A model generated the notes under the pieces. The model did no database searches. It was not told the origin of the DNA and was given only the letters and a program-made list of their open reading frames with translations. The translations under genes and the position numbers were made by a program. DNA of 64,000 nt from Bacillota bacterium (lineage in GTDB: Bacteria; Bacillota; Clostridia; Monoglobales; Firm-18), in contig JALOAJ010000003.1 in assembly GCA_023228885.1 (NCBI GenBank), positions 15,827-79,826 of the forward strand, read 5' to 3'. Within the stretch, counting starts at the first letter, position 1, and each line of letters starts with the position of its first letter. Positions 51,367-60,957 of this stretch are shown piece by piece.

Positions 51367-52569
51367 ATGGAAAACATAAATACAACACCTGCGGCGAACA
51401 GGTTTACCATAGGCATTTTCGGAAGGCGAAATGTAGGGAAATCCTCATTAATCAATGCCATTACCAAGCAAAACACAGCCTTAACTTCAAATATTCCCGG
51501 AACAACCACAGACCCTGTTTACAAAGCGATGGAAATGTTGCCCATCGGGCCTGTGGCATTTATTGATACCGCCGGCTTAGACGATGTTGGAGAACTTGGC
51601 ATGCAGCGGGTGGAAAAATCATATGAGGTTCTTAGAAAATGCAATTTTGCTATTTTAGTAACCGATGAACTTGGAATAACACAGCTGGAAAAGGATTTTA
51701 TTGAGGAGTTAAAGGGCAGAAAAATTCGGTTTATCGTGGTGTTTAACAAATGCGGCGGGCACACCCCGAAAATAGCGGGTAATACAGGCTTTTCGTTTGT
51801 TTGCGTGAGTGCCTACGAAAGCAAGGAGATTGAGGAAGTAAAAAAACAAATAATTGCAAATTCCGGTATGGAGCATGTCAAGCCTTCGCTTGTTGACGGG
51901 CTGATAAAGCAGGGGGAAACCGCCGTTCTTGTAACGCCGATTGACTCGGCGGCGCCTAAAGGGCGCCTGATACTCCCCCAGCAACAGGTGATAAGGGATA
52001 TACTTGATGTTGGCGCAATGGCATTTGTAACAAAGGATACCGAGCTAAAGCAAACGCTAAAAAATCTGAAAACGCCTCCGGCTATCGTAATTACCGATTC
52101 TCAAGTTTTTGAAAGGGTGGCTGCCGATACGCCGGAGGATATTCCCCTTACTTCCTTTTCAATTTTGTTTGCCAAGCAAAAAACGGATATCGCAGAAATG
52201 GTCAGAGGTGTAAAACGGATTGAAACGCTTTCAAAAGGAGATAACATTTTGATTGTTGAAGGTTGCACACATCACAGGCAGGATGACGATATCGGGACTG
52301 TAAAAATACCCCGTTGGATTAATAAAATAGTTGGCGAAGGTTTAAATTATGAATGGACATCGGGGGCTTGTTTTCCCAAAGATATAAAAAAATACAGCTT
52401 AATTATTCATTGTGGGGGTTGCATGCTCAATAGTTGCGAAATGCAATACAGAACCTACAAGTCAAAAGAGCAGAGGGTAAACATTACAAATTACGGAGTG
52501 CTAATCGCCTATGTGACGGGAATACTTCCCCGCGCGGTAAAACCTTTTTTTGAAAAGGGCTCCTGTTAG
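51367..52569 (+). CDS. hydF: [FeFe]-hydrogenase maturation GTPase HydF
   Basis: 400 aa. G1 GRRNVGKSSLINAI, DTAG and NKCG motifs, plus C-terminal cluster-binding cysteines (EGCTHH...HCGGC). Confidence 0.9.
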   Translation: MENINTTPAANRFTIGIFGRRNVGKSSLINAITKQNTALTSNIPGTTTDPVYKAMEMLPIGPVAFIDTAGLDDVGELGMQRVEKSYEVLRKCNFAILVTDELGITQLEKDFIEELKGRKIRFIVVFNKCGGHTPKIAGNTGFSFVCVSAYESKEIEEVKKQIIANSGMEHVKPSLVDGLIKQGETAVLVTPIDSAAPKGRLILPQQQVIRDILDVGAMAFVTKDTELKQTLKNLKTPPAIVITDSQVFERVAADTPEDIPLTSFSILFAKQKTDIAEMVRGVKRIETLSKGDNILIVEGCTHHRQDDDIGTVKIPRWINKIVGEGLNYEWTSGACFPKDIKKYSLIIHCGGCMLNSCEMQYRTYKSKEQRVNITNYGVLIAYVTGILPRAVKPFFEKGSC

Positions 52570-52636
52570 ATAATCACGCACTTTGGGGCTGCTTGTTGTT
52601 TTTTTTGTTGTTTTCAATACTATGACCTATAATGTT

Positions 52637-52700
52637 AAAAGCAGAATGCTAAATATTGAAGGAGTGAACTGTTCAATATTTAGCATTCTGCTTTTTTCTT
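52637..52700 (+). terminator. intrinsic terminator with an unusually long, perfect 24-bp stem
   Basis: AAAAGCAGAATGCTAAATATTGAA (52637-52660) pairs with TTCAATATTTAGCATTCTGCTTTT (52672-52695). The loop is 11 nt (ggagtgaactg) and is followed by TTCTTTT. It lies 68 nt after the hydF stop. Confidence 0.7.
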
Positions 52701-52740
52701 TTGTGAGCATTGGCGTGGGAATTATCGCCAGGTGCTTACA

Positions 52741-52806
52741 AAAGTACATTTTTTACTATGATATTGAAAGATTACCATAGACTTTTTATGGGTATCTTGT
52801 TATACT
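52741..52806 (+). promoter_or_regulatory. conserved promoter/operator block, copy 1 (upstream of the SLH-protein operon)
   Basis: aaagtaCATtttttactatgatATTGAAAGattaccAtagactttt...TATACT. The -35-like TAGACT (52778-52783) and -10-like TATACT (52801-52806) are 17 nt apart. It aligns without gaps to 59899-59964. Confidence 0.5.
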
Positions 52807-52867
52807 TCAACTAAAGCCAACCTTTTCGGTGCCATTATCTAAGGCTTGTTTTGGGAGGAGAATTGAT

Positions 52868-54247
52868 TTGAATATCAAGGCAATTTTGTTAACTATTGTT
52901 TTTATTTTCTTATGTATTTCGTTTAATATTTCGGCAGCATCTTATACAGGTATTCCTTTTGTTTTATTTTCGGAAAATGAAACTGTGCAGGCGAAAACTG
53001 ATGAAAACCGGGTTGCCGTGCCTACCAGCGGCAGAAATATTCTTTCCGATAGCGCATTTGCAGACGAGAGCATTGTGTATATAAATGATGTATCCGAATA
53101 TAAAGAAACGGATGTTTGGGCGATTCAAGGGAAAGGGAGCATGGCCTCGCCAAGCGACCTGTACGGAAGGGATGGGATGAAAAGCGGGGTTAGGGTGGAA
53201 CTATCATCAGAAGAAGATGCCGATTTTTTTATCCGTACAATGATTCCGGGGAGCAAGTATTACTATTTCAGCGTATGGGCAAAGTTGGAATCCGGCAGCG
53301 TTGCAGGGCGGCAATTGACCCTTTCTGTTTATGACAGCCCCAATTCGTCGATGCGGGGCGGGGCGAAGTCTAAATGCGTTGTGGATTTGGCAGGCGGCGC
53401 TTATTTATTGCAAAACGAATGGAAACAATATGCATTTATTATACACCTTCCCAAGGGGCTTGCAAATTATTATTTTGAACCGCGGATACATACGACCTCA
53501 AGCGCAGGCGTGACGGCAATGACCTTTGACATTACTGAGGTCGAATTGTACGAAGTAAGCATAGCGGAGACCCAAGAGATGCAGGAGGATGCAACTATTG
53601 TAAATCACCCTGTTGTGGACGCAACACCACAGGTGTCTGTGATAAGAGAGGTTAAGCCCCGCCCCGGCAGCATGGCTCATAAAGACACGGAGTTTTCTGA
53701 TTTAGATGGGGTGCAATGGGCGGAGTATGCTATTAAAGCGTTTTATAAATGGGGTATTGTAGACGGTGTGACACCCGGGGAATTCAGACCGCATGACAGC
53801 GTTACCAGGGAGCAATTTGCTAAAATGCTGACGAATACCTTTGATTGGCTTGACCCGGGGGATTGCGATTTTATGGATGTTCCAAAAACCAAATGGAGCT
53901 ATCCCTACATTGCCACAGCATTAAAAAGAGGTGTGGTGACTGGGGTTGATGAAACTTGGTTTGGTGCAGAAGATTATATTATGCGTCAGGATATGGCGGT
54001 AATGGTATACCGTGCGCTTGACAGCTTGTTGGTTCGTGTGGAAAGCAGTTTTGCCTTTGATTCGGAAGGAGTGTCCGAATATGCCGCTAATTCGGTTAGC
54101 AGGCTGTGTGGTGTAGGTATTTTATATCCCATTGACGGAGGGGTGAAACCTCGGACGGAAGTTAAAAGGGCGGACGCAGTTGCCGTGTTGTACAATGCGC
54201 TCAACTATGCGGCGGCAACGGGTGCGCAAATGGTAAGGTATTATTAA
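52868..54247 (+). CDS. secreted SLH-anchored protein with an N-terminal beta-sandwich (CBM-like) region
   Basis: TTG 52868 lies 7 nt after GGGAGGAG. Signal peptide MNIKAILLTIVFIFLCISFNISAA. Three C-terminal SLH repeats (FSDLDGVQWAEYAIKAFYKWGIVDG..., FMDVPKTKWSYPYIATALKRGVVTG..., ...SEYAANSVSRLCGVGILYP). Confidence 0.7.
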   Translation: MNIKAILLTIVFIFLCISFNISAASYTGIPFVLFSENETVQAKTDENRVAVPTSGRNILSDSAFADESIVYINDVSEYKETDVWAIQGKGSMASPSDLYGRDGMKSGVRVELSSEEDADFFIRTMIPGSKYYYFSVWAKLESGSVAGRQLTLSVYDSPNSSMRGGAKSKCVVDLAGGAYLLQNEWKQYAFIIHLPKGLANYYFEPRIHTTSSAGVTAMTFDITEVELYEVSIAETQEMQEDATIVNHPVVDATPQVSVIREVKPRPGSMAHKDTEFSDLDGVQWAEYAIKAFYKWGIVDGVTPGEFRPHDSVTREQFAKMLTNTFDWLDPGDCDFMDVPKTKWSYPYIATALKRGVVTGVDETWFGAEDYIMRQDMAVMVYRALDSLLVRVESSFAFDSEGVSEYAANSVSRLCGVGILYPIDGGVKPRTEVKRADAVAVLYNALNYAAATGAQMVRYY

Positions 54248-54274
54248 TTGTTGAAAGCTCGAGGAGGGATTTAT

Positions 54275-56938
54275 GTGAATTGGAAAACATTCTTGTTGGC
54301 GGCGATGGTTGTTTTAGGAATTTACGCACCGGATTTCTATTTTGGAGGAAAGACCGCATATGCGGCAATCGTCACAAACAAACCGGGCGAGCCTTCTTTA
54401 ATATTTGAGGATACTTTGGAGGGCGGCAGCGATTCCGATGGCGCTGTTACGGCGGGCATCCCGTTATCCATTAATTCCGGCGGAGTAAGTGATGTCTATT
54501 CGTTCTTTGGACCGGGCGTAGTGGGGAAAGAGGGGACATTTAGCTATAAAGCTTCGGGCGGGCTTGGGCTGGCATGCACCGCAACCGCTCCCGGCAGCAC
54601 CCATTTATATAACGCAGCGGCGCTTAACAAAAGCTATATGGAAGGAAAATCGACCAGTTATGTAACCGAAACAAAATTTGAGTTTGGCACTACGGGAACC
54701 TTGGCTCAAAAAAACATCAATATTTTTATGCGGTTCGGTGGGGCGTGGAATTATTCTTACTATTTCAAGATATGCTCGGACGGCTCAATAGGCTTGTTCA
54801 GTCCTAAAGGGGAAACATCCCCGATTTCCGCATTGACCTCTACCACAGCGGCAGGCGGCGCTTTTGGCGGCACGGTTGTATATATGGCAAGGGCGGCTCT
54901 GATTGATAAGCCTGATGGAGGTATATATATGGCGATTAACATATATGCCGCATCAGACCCTAATGCAAGCATAGCATTTCTTGAGCATACAGTTGCGGCG
55001 GACGCAAACCTGCTGATTGCCTCAGACGCCGCATACGGCCCCGGTTTTGGAGTTGCGAATTCAAATTGTGTTGCTAAATTTACTTCTTATAGTATAAAGG
55101 ATATTATCGATATCAGGATAAAGGACGGTTCCATTGCAGATTTTAAAGGAAGTGAATATGATTATAACTATTCAACGCAGGAAAGCATAACTTTGGAGGA
55201 TATCACAGCGGTGGGAAACATTCCCGGCGAGGAAATGCCGAATATTGATTATGACAGCGGGGCATCCCGCGTGACGGTGATGTATGCCGGGCTTACCTAC
55301 ACCGTTAACATAAGAGAATTGGTGGATGATACCGTAAAAATAACTATCAATGGCGTGCCGAGCGGCAGCGTTATAGCGATGGTTGGCGAAAAAGTTGAAA
55401 TTCCCGTGTTTTCGGAGGTGATTAATGCAACATCGGGCATAAGCTGGCTCTTTTCCGACAGCCAGGGGCAAGATGACTATATGACCATTTCCCCCAACAT
55501 AAGCGCTGACGGGGAAGAAGTGGTTTTGACGATAGATAATTCGGAGGGTAACTTGAAGGATGGAAAGGTCGCATTAACCGCATCCGTTGAAAAAGGCGGA
55601 GATGTATATGCGAAAAGTATTGATATAGAATATTTGACAGAGCTGCCGGGGCAAGGCAGCCATGATACAGTTCAGTTGACGGCTGAGGAACTTGTTAAAA
55701 TATCTGAAAGAATCGGGGAAACGGTGGTGGTTATTAAGGCAGGGCTACAGTCGGCATTTTACGGTTCAAGGATTGTATGGAGCGTAGAAGGCTTTGAGGG
55801 CGCTTCCTTGGAACACGCACAAAGCGTATACCGCGAAGCCGATATTGAAAATAGGCTTATAATAGATAACAACTTTGTTAGTGACACGACCGACCTAAGC
55901 GTTACGGTTAAAGCTAAAAACATCGCTACCGGTGCAGCAGATACAAAAAATATACATATTTTTGCGGTGGCAACGCCGGATAGGATAAAGATTAAAGGGA
56001 ACTCTGTTGTTACGGTTTCTGAGGATTCTTCGTATTATTTCGAATATTACACAGCGGAGGTGTATCAGAAAAGCAAGCTTTTAAGCGGCGATGCGCTCAG
56101 ATTTAGCGAACCGCTGAATTGGTTACTGAAAACTGCTAAAGGCGGGGTTTCAATAAACGCCGATACCGGGATGCTTACGGTAAGCTCCTCTGCCTCGGCG
56201 GGAACGGTGACAATTGTTGCGCAAATGGGAAACCTTATAGATGAATTCAATGTGAGTATCACAAAAAAGACAGGCAGCCAGTCTGCTAAAAGCTCTCAAA
56301 GAACAGGTGTCGGGCTTGCAGGCGTGCAGGTTCCGGGTATTGAGGCGGCTGAAGAAATAAAGGAAAACAGTCAAACCGATGTACCGCAAGATAAAAGGGA
56401 ATTGAAGGATTACCGGGGACATTGGTGTGAGGAAATCATAAACGATTTGTTAAGTCGCAGAATCATAAACGGCGGCGTAAACGGCGAAATGCGCCCGGAC
56501 TATTTTGCAACGAAAGAAGAAACCATTAAGGTTTTGATTAATATTTTGAATATTTCCTTGCAGGGAGGAGGAAGGCTAAAAGAGGGAGATAATACTTCCG
56601 AATGGGCTGTTGCATATGTTTTGACAGCCATGGACGAAGGTATTGTTCGTGGGGATGAAACAGGTTTTATCAATGGCGGCGGCAATGTCAGCCGTGCGGA
56701 GGTATGCGCAATGACCTCACGGGCATTAAAGCTTTTGGGCGGGGATATCGGGCTGTTGAACACTTTTAGCGATGGCGACAAGGTTCCCGATTGGTGCAAA
56801 GAGGATATGGCGGCATTAATTTCCAAAAAAATTATAACAGGCTTTGAAGATTCAACCATAAGACCTTATGATTTGATTACACGGGCAGAGGTGTTTGCTA
56901 TTGCGTATAGGGCTGCAGCAGATGGGGGGTTAATATGA
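54275..56938 (+). CDS. large secreted SLH-anchored protein (N-terminal lectin/LamG-like region, Ig-like repeats, 3 C-terminal SLH)
   Basis: GTG 54275 lies 7 nt after GAGGAGGG. Signal peptide MNWKTFLLAAMVVLGIYA...AYA. C-terminal SLH repeats (YRGHWCEEIINDLLSRRIING, SEWAVAYVLTAMDEGIVRGD, VPDWCKEDMAALISKKIITGF). I recognised no catalytic motif. Confidence 0.7.
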   Translation: MNWKTFLLAAMVVLGIYAPDFYFGGKTAYAAIVTNKPGEPSLIFEDTLEGGSDSDGAVTAGIPLSINSGGVSDVYSFFGPGVVGKEGTFSYKASGGLGLACTATAPGSTHLYNAAALNKSYMEGKSTSYVTETKFEFGTTGTLAQKNINIFMRFGGAWNYSYYFKICSDGSIGLFSPKGETSPISALTSTTAAGGAFGGTVVYMARAALIDKPDGGIYMAINIYAASDPNASIAFLEHTVAADANLLIASDAAYGPGFGVANSNCVAKFTSYSIKDIIDIRIKDGSIADFKGSEYDYNYSTQESITLEDITAVGNIPGEEMPNIDYDSGASRVTVMYAGLTYTVNIRELVDDTVKITINGVPSGSVIAMVGEKVEIPVFSEVINATSGISWLFSDSQGQDDYMTISPNISADGEEVVLTIDNSEGNLKDGKVALTASVEKGGDVYAKSIDIEYLTELPGQGSHDTVQLTAEELVKISERIGETVVVIKAGLQSAFYGSRIVWSVEGFEGASLEHAQSVYREADIENRLIIDNNFVSDTTDLSVTVKAKNIATGAADTKNIHIFAVATPDRIKIKGNSVVTVSEDSSYYFEYYTAEVYQKSKLLSGDALRFSEPLNWLLKTAKGGVSINADTGMLTVSSSASAGTVTIVAQMGNLIDEFNVSITKKTGSQSAKSSQRTGVGLAGVQVPGIEAAEEIKENSQTDVPQDKRELKDYRGHWCEEIINDLLSRRIINGGVNGEMRPDYFATKEETIKVLINILNISLQGGGRLKEGDNTSEWAVAYVLTAMDEGIVRGDETGFINGGGNVSRAEVCAMTSRALKLLGGDIGLLNTFSDGDKVPDWCKEDMAALISKKIITGFEDSTIRPYDLITRAEVFAIAYRAAADGGLI

Positions 56939-59832
56939 AAATTACAAGAACAGTTGTATTGATTTTGCTTTTTTCCGTATTGTTTAATGGAGTAACGCCT
57001 GCTGTGTCAGCGTCAACGGGTTCTGATTACACAAAGGAGCTAAATTTTATTTCCGGTCTGGGAATTATGGAAAAGCATAAGGAGGTCAACGATTTTATAA
57101 CCCGTGCGGAATTAGGGGCGGCGCTTATGAACTTGTTTTCGGGCGGCAGCTATACGGCAGATAATATGAGGGATATAAAAGATAGTGCAAATTCATGGGA
57201 AGGGGAATTTTTGTTTAAAAACCTTGAATTTGACCTGTTCGATTCGGACGAACATGTAAATTTTGAGGAGGTCGTTCTTGCCTTGATAAACGGCTTGGGA
57301 TATGGTTATGTTGCCGAGGAAAAGGGCGGCTATCCCTATGGATACCAATATGAAGCGGCAAGCCTTGGAATTACCTCAAAGGCTGTGAACGCGCAATTGG
57401 GTGAGTGTATGAGGCGGGGAACGACTGCGGCTATGATAAAAAACATGCTCAACATAGGAATTATGAGTAGGTTTATTGGAAACAAAGGAGGCTGGGAGAT
57501 AAACAATAAAGACACGCTTTTATCGCGGCTTTTTGTTTTGCGGGATAGCGGTATTGTCACATTTGATGGGCTGACCTCAACTAACGGGGTTCAATCCCAT
57601 TTTGAAAATGATGTGGTTATAATGACTACCTTTTCCGACCAAAGCGGCTACGGAAAAAAATTTCGTCCCGGAAATTCCGATGCCAAGGAATATCTTGGCA
57701 AAGCTGTGAACTATTACTATAAATATTCCGAAGATGCGCCTGAAGATGTGCCGACCTTGCTGTATGTTGAGGAACGCGCATCTGTTGAGGAAATAAAAAT
57801 AGATATCCGTGACATAACGCGGCTGGACGGGAATCGCATCGTATATGGAGAGAGCGGTACAACCGAAATTACTGTTAACGGTAGCGCTGATATTATTTAT
57901 AATGGGCGTTGGCTGGGGACAGCTTCAACTATGCTCACATCCGTCATAAACGGTATGCTGGAGCGCCAAAACGGTAATGTACATATTATTGATAACGGAC
58001 AGGGGTGGGATATTCTGTTTGTCGAGGATTATAAAACATACAGAATTGATTCCGTTAATAGCGCCGACTCTGCTGAAGCGTTTATCAGGACGACGGAGGG
58101 AGAAAACATAGATTGTCGAAGCGACAGCGCTACAACCGTTACGGAGGTATATAAAAACGGTGTAAAAACAGAGCTTAGTCGCTTGGTCAGGGATGATGTG
58201 TTTTTTCTTGCGGAGGCAAAGCAGGAGGATGGAATTGTTCGCTACCGAAAGGTCATTGCAGGAAAGCTTGCGTCACAAATGACCCACCCCGCCAAAGTTA
58301 CGGGAACCTTAAACGAGATAGGCAAGGATTTTATAGTTGTAAACGATAAAATCTATGAAATATCTTACGGATTCAGCAATACGGCGTCAATCGATGAGCA
58401 CTCCAAGCGGGATAAGCTGCGGTTGGGCTCGCGTGTTACTGTTTATTTTGACCCTGCGGGCAGGGTATGTGATTATGATGTTGCGGACACGGGGATAAAA
58501 TATGGATTTTTGGTGGCTTTGGATCAGAGCAAAAAAAGCTTGGAACAGTTTGTTCAGGCTAAAATTTACACCGCTGAAAACGAAATGAAAATATTCAACC
58601 TTGATAAAAAGGTGAAATACAATGATTATGGCGGAGGTCGCATAGAAAGTAAATTATTATTGGAAAACTCCAATATATCGAATGTGGCGGGCTATGACCC
58701 CCTTTACGACAATGGCGGAATTATTCGTCAGGTGGTAAGGTATGGCTTAGGCGGTAATGGGGAAATTACGGAGCTTTATACCGCATACCTTGATGCCAAA
58801 CTAAATCATAGTGATGATTATTCAAAATTTAGAAGAAACAAGGCGGTTTATGATATTCTTGGCTCAGCTAATATGACTTACAGAAGCAATGTTATGGGCT
58901 TTTTTTACAATAATCCATCGGGCGGAATGTTGTTGTACGCCGACCCCTCTGCCGCAATGTTTTTATATCCGGAAGACGATTTTGCCGTTGACGAATATAA
59001 GTATAGAGTTGCGATGGCAGCGGATATCTTCGGCAACAGCAACACTTACACCAGAACACTATATGCATACGATACCGATGAGCATGGAATTTCGCATTGC
59101 TTTGCCAATGCCTGGGAGGGCGGCGCCAGCCTTCAGTTGAATCATGAAACGCTTACCTTGGTAACAAAAGTTTTCAAGACGGTCAACAAAAACGGTGACA
59201 TTGTGCAAAAAATAGCGGGGTTAAGTGCGGGAAAAGAAATATCAATAATAGGACAAAATTGCGACTCGCTCAAAATTAGGCTTGTTACTGGGGGCGTAAA
59301 TGTCGGTATATATGGCGGAAGCTTAGCCGGCACTGTACCGATTGAGCCGGGAGACCTTATCGTATATAAAAAAAACAGCCATGATATGGTTGAAAGCATT
59401 GCTTTGGCATTTCGCCCCGGCGATAAAAACGGTGTAGGCGGAAGACCGTATGTTGACAGCGCGGACAACATTCGGTTCGATAATTTTAAAATGGCGTTTG
59501 GGGCAGCCTACTATCCTGTTATATCCGGAGCAAAAGCATATTCGCCCTTCCCGGTAAATGCGAATAACAACAACACGAATTCCCGTTTCGCAGCCATATA
59601 CGGCAGGGTGGATAAGCTTTCCCGGGGGATGATAACTATCAGGTTTGATGACAGCGTTGAAACCGTTGGAGACAAAATGGTGTTTGATGTTTCAAAACCT
59701 GTTGTCTATCTTTATGATATAAGCACCAAGACGGCAAAAATATCGTCTGTGGACGAAATAATGATTGGGGACGAGGTTTTTATGAAATGCAGGCTTTCCA
59801 TTATTGATGCAGTCGTTGTTATTAGAAGGTAA
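56935..59832 (+). CDS. large secreted protein of unknown function with N-terminal SLH-like units
   Basis: 965 aa. Signal peptide MKITRTVVLILLFSVLFNGVTPAVSA. SLH-like ELNFISGLGIMEK...ITRAELGAALMNLF. The ATG overlaps the upstream stop (ATGA). Confidence 0.65.
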   Translation: MKITRTVVLILLFSVLFNGVTPAVSASTGSDYTKELNFISGLGIMEKHKEVNDFITRAELGAALMNLFSGGSYTADNMRDIKDSANSWEGEFLFKNLEFDLFDSDEHVNFEEVVLALINGLGYGYVAEEKGGYPYGYQYEAASLGITSKAVNAQLGECMRRGTTAAMIKNMLNIGIMSRFIGNKGGWEINNKDTLLSRLFVLRDSGIVTFDGLTSTNGVQSHFENDVVIMTTFSDQSGYGKKFRPGNSDAKEYLGKAVNYYYKYSEDAPEDVPTLLYVEERASVEEIKIDIRDITRLDGNRIVYGESGTTEITVNGSADIIYNGRWLGTASTMLTSVINGMLERQNGNVHIIDNGQGWDILFVEDYKTYRIDSVNSADSAEAFIRTTEGENIDCRSDSATTVTEVYKNGVKTELSRLVRDDVFFLAEAKQEDGIVRYRKVIAGKLASQMTHPAKVTGTLNEIGKDFIVVNDKIYEISYGFSNTASIDEHSKRDKLRLGSRVTVYFDPAGRVCDYDVADTGIKYGFLVALDQSKKSLEQFVQAKIYTAENEMKIFNLDKKVKYNDYGGGRIESKLLLENSNISNVAGYDPLYDNGGIIRQVVRYGLGGNGEITELYTAYLDAKLNHSDDYSKFRRNKAVYDILGSANMTYRSNVMGFFYNNPSGGMLLYADPSAAMFLYPEDDFAVDEYKYRVAMAADIFGNSNTYTRTLYAYDTDEHGISHCFANAWEGGASLQLNHETLTLVTKVFKTVNKNGDIVQKIAGLSAGKEISIIGQNCDSLKIRLVTGGVNVGIYGGSLAGTVPIEPGDLIVYKKNSHDMVESIALAFRPGDKNGVGGRPYVDSADNIRFDNFKMAFGAAYYPVISGAKAYSPFPVNANNNNTNSRFAAIYGRVDKLSRGMITIRFDDSVETVGDKMVFDVSKPVVYLYDISTKTAKISSVDEIMIGDEVFMKCRLSIIDAVVVIRR

Positions 59833-59898
59833 TGAGAAAAAGGGTGTGCAACATCGGCAGGGCGCATCTTTCATATGTTTTGCAATAATTTTTGTGTT

Positions 59899-59964
59899 AA
59901 AGTATGATTTTTACTATGATGTCACAACATTACCGTAGACTTTTAAAAATTGTGCTGATATACT
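59899..59964 (+). promoter_or_regulatory. conserved promoter/operator block, copy 2 (upstream of the ABC transporter/sulfatase operon)
   Basis: aaagtaTGAtttttactatgatGTCACAACattaccGtagactttt...TATACT. TAGACT (59936-59941) and TATACT (59959-59964) are 17 nt apart. Confidence 0.5.
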
Positions 59965-59996
59965 GACATTAGTTTTAGTGGATGGAGAGAAGCTGT

Positions 59997-60947
59997 ATGA
60001 GACAAAGGATTGGTGCTGCGGGGCGCATTATAACACCCCGAGACAGACCTTGGTATTACAACCATAAAAAGCATAAAAATCTGCTGTTGATGATGTTACC
60101 CGGGCTTTTGTCCCTTTTTGTTTTTTCATATTTACCGATGTACGGTATGCAAATTGCGTTTCGCGATTTCATATTTAAGTTGGGCATATGGCAGAGCCCA
60201 TGGGTGGGGCTAAAGCATTTTCGCGATTTGTTTGAATCTGCACATTTTTTAAATGCTTTCAAAAACACCCTTGTTATCAGCGGACTTCAACTTGTGTTTG
60301 GATTTCCCGCGCCTATTATATTTGCCGTTTTGCTCAATGAGATAAGGGTTTTAAAATTTAAAAAGCTTGTCCAGACGATAAGCTACCTGCCCCATTTTAT
60401 TTCATGGGCAGTGTTGGGCGGGATGTTCATACAACTGTTATCACCGTCCGTGGGACCCGTTAATCTGCTTTTGAAAACCATGGGGATGCAGCCCATATAT
60501 TTTTTGGCAGAGCCTTCATGGTTTAGAACGGTAATCGTATCAACCCATATTTGGCAAACGATTGGGTGGAACTCCATCGTCTACATAGCAGCTATTACCA
60601 ATATTGATGCCGAGCTCTACGAAGCGGGGAAAATTGATGGGGCAACGCGTTTCCAACAAATCTTTTATATTACCTTAGGCGCATTGATGCCGGTGATAAC
60701 CATTATGCTAATATTTGCCGTCGGAAAAATTATTAACGATAACTTTGATCAGATTTTTAATTTGATGACATCACCGGTTGAAAGTGTCGGCGAAGTGTTG
60801 AGCACTTACAGTTATAAAATTGGTCTGGTAAAGATGCAATATAGTTTTTCCACTGCTATGGGTTTGTTCAAAAATGTGATTTCGCTGTTACTGATTCTTT
60901 TCGCTAACCGTGTAGCAAAAAAAATTAACGACTATGGATTGTGGTAG
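59997..60947 (+). CDS. carbohydrate ABC transporter permease (LplB/CUT1-type)
   Basis: LLMMLPGLLSLFVFSYLPMYGMQIAFRDF N-terminus and the EAA loop EAGKIDGATRFQQIFYITLG. GGAGAG lies 6 nt before ATG 59997, with an alternative ATG at 59982. Confidence 0.85.
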   Translation: MRQRIGAAGRIITPRDRPWYYNHKKHKNLLLMMLPGLLSLFVFSYLPMYGMQIAFRDFIFKLGIWQSPWVGLKHFRDLFESAHFLNAFKNTLVISGLQLVFGFPAPIIFAVLLNEIRVLKFKKLVQTISYLPHFISWAVLGGMFIQLLSPSVGPVNLLLKTMGMQPIYFLAEPSWFRTVIVSTHIWQTIGWNSIVYIAAITNIDAELYEAGKIDGATRFQQIFYITLGALMPVITIMLIFAVGKIINDNFDQIFNLMTSPVESVGEVLSTYSYKIGLVKMQYSFSTAMGLFKNVISLLLILFANRVAKKINDYGLW

Positions 60948-60957
60948 GAGGACACCG

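Noticed and set aside
52583-52780. 65-aa ORF in the hydF/SLH intergenic region
   Set aside because: It has no RBS and runs straight through both arms of the 24-bp terminator hairpin. The hydrophobic translation is what T-rich DNA yields by chance.
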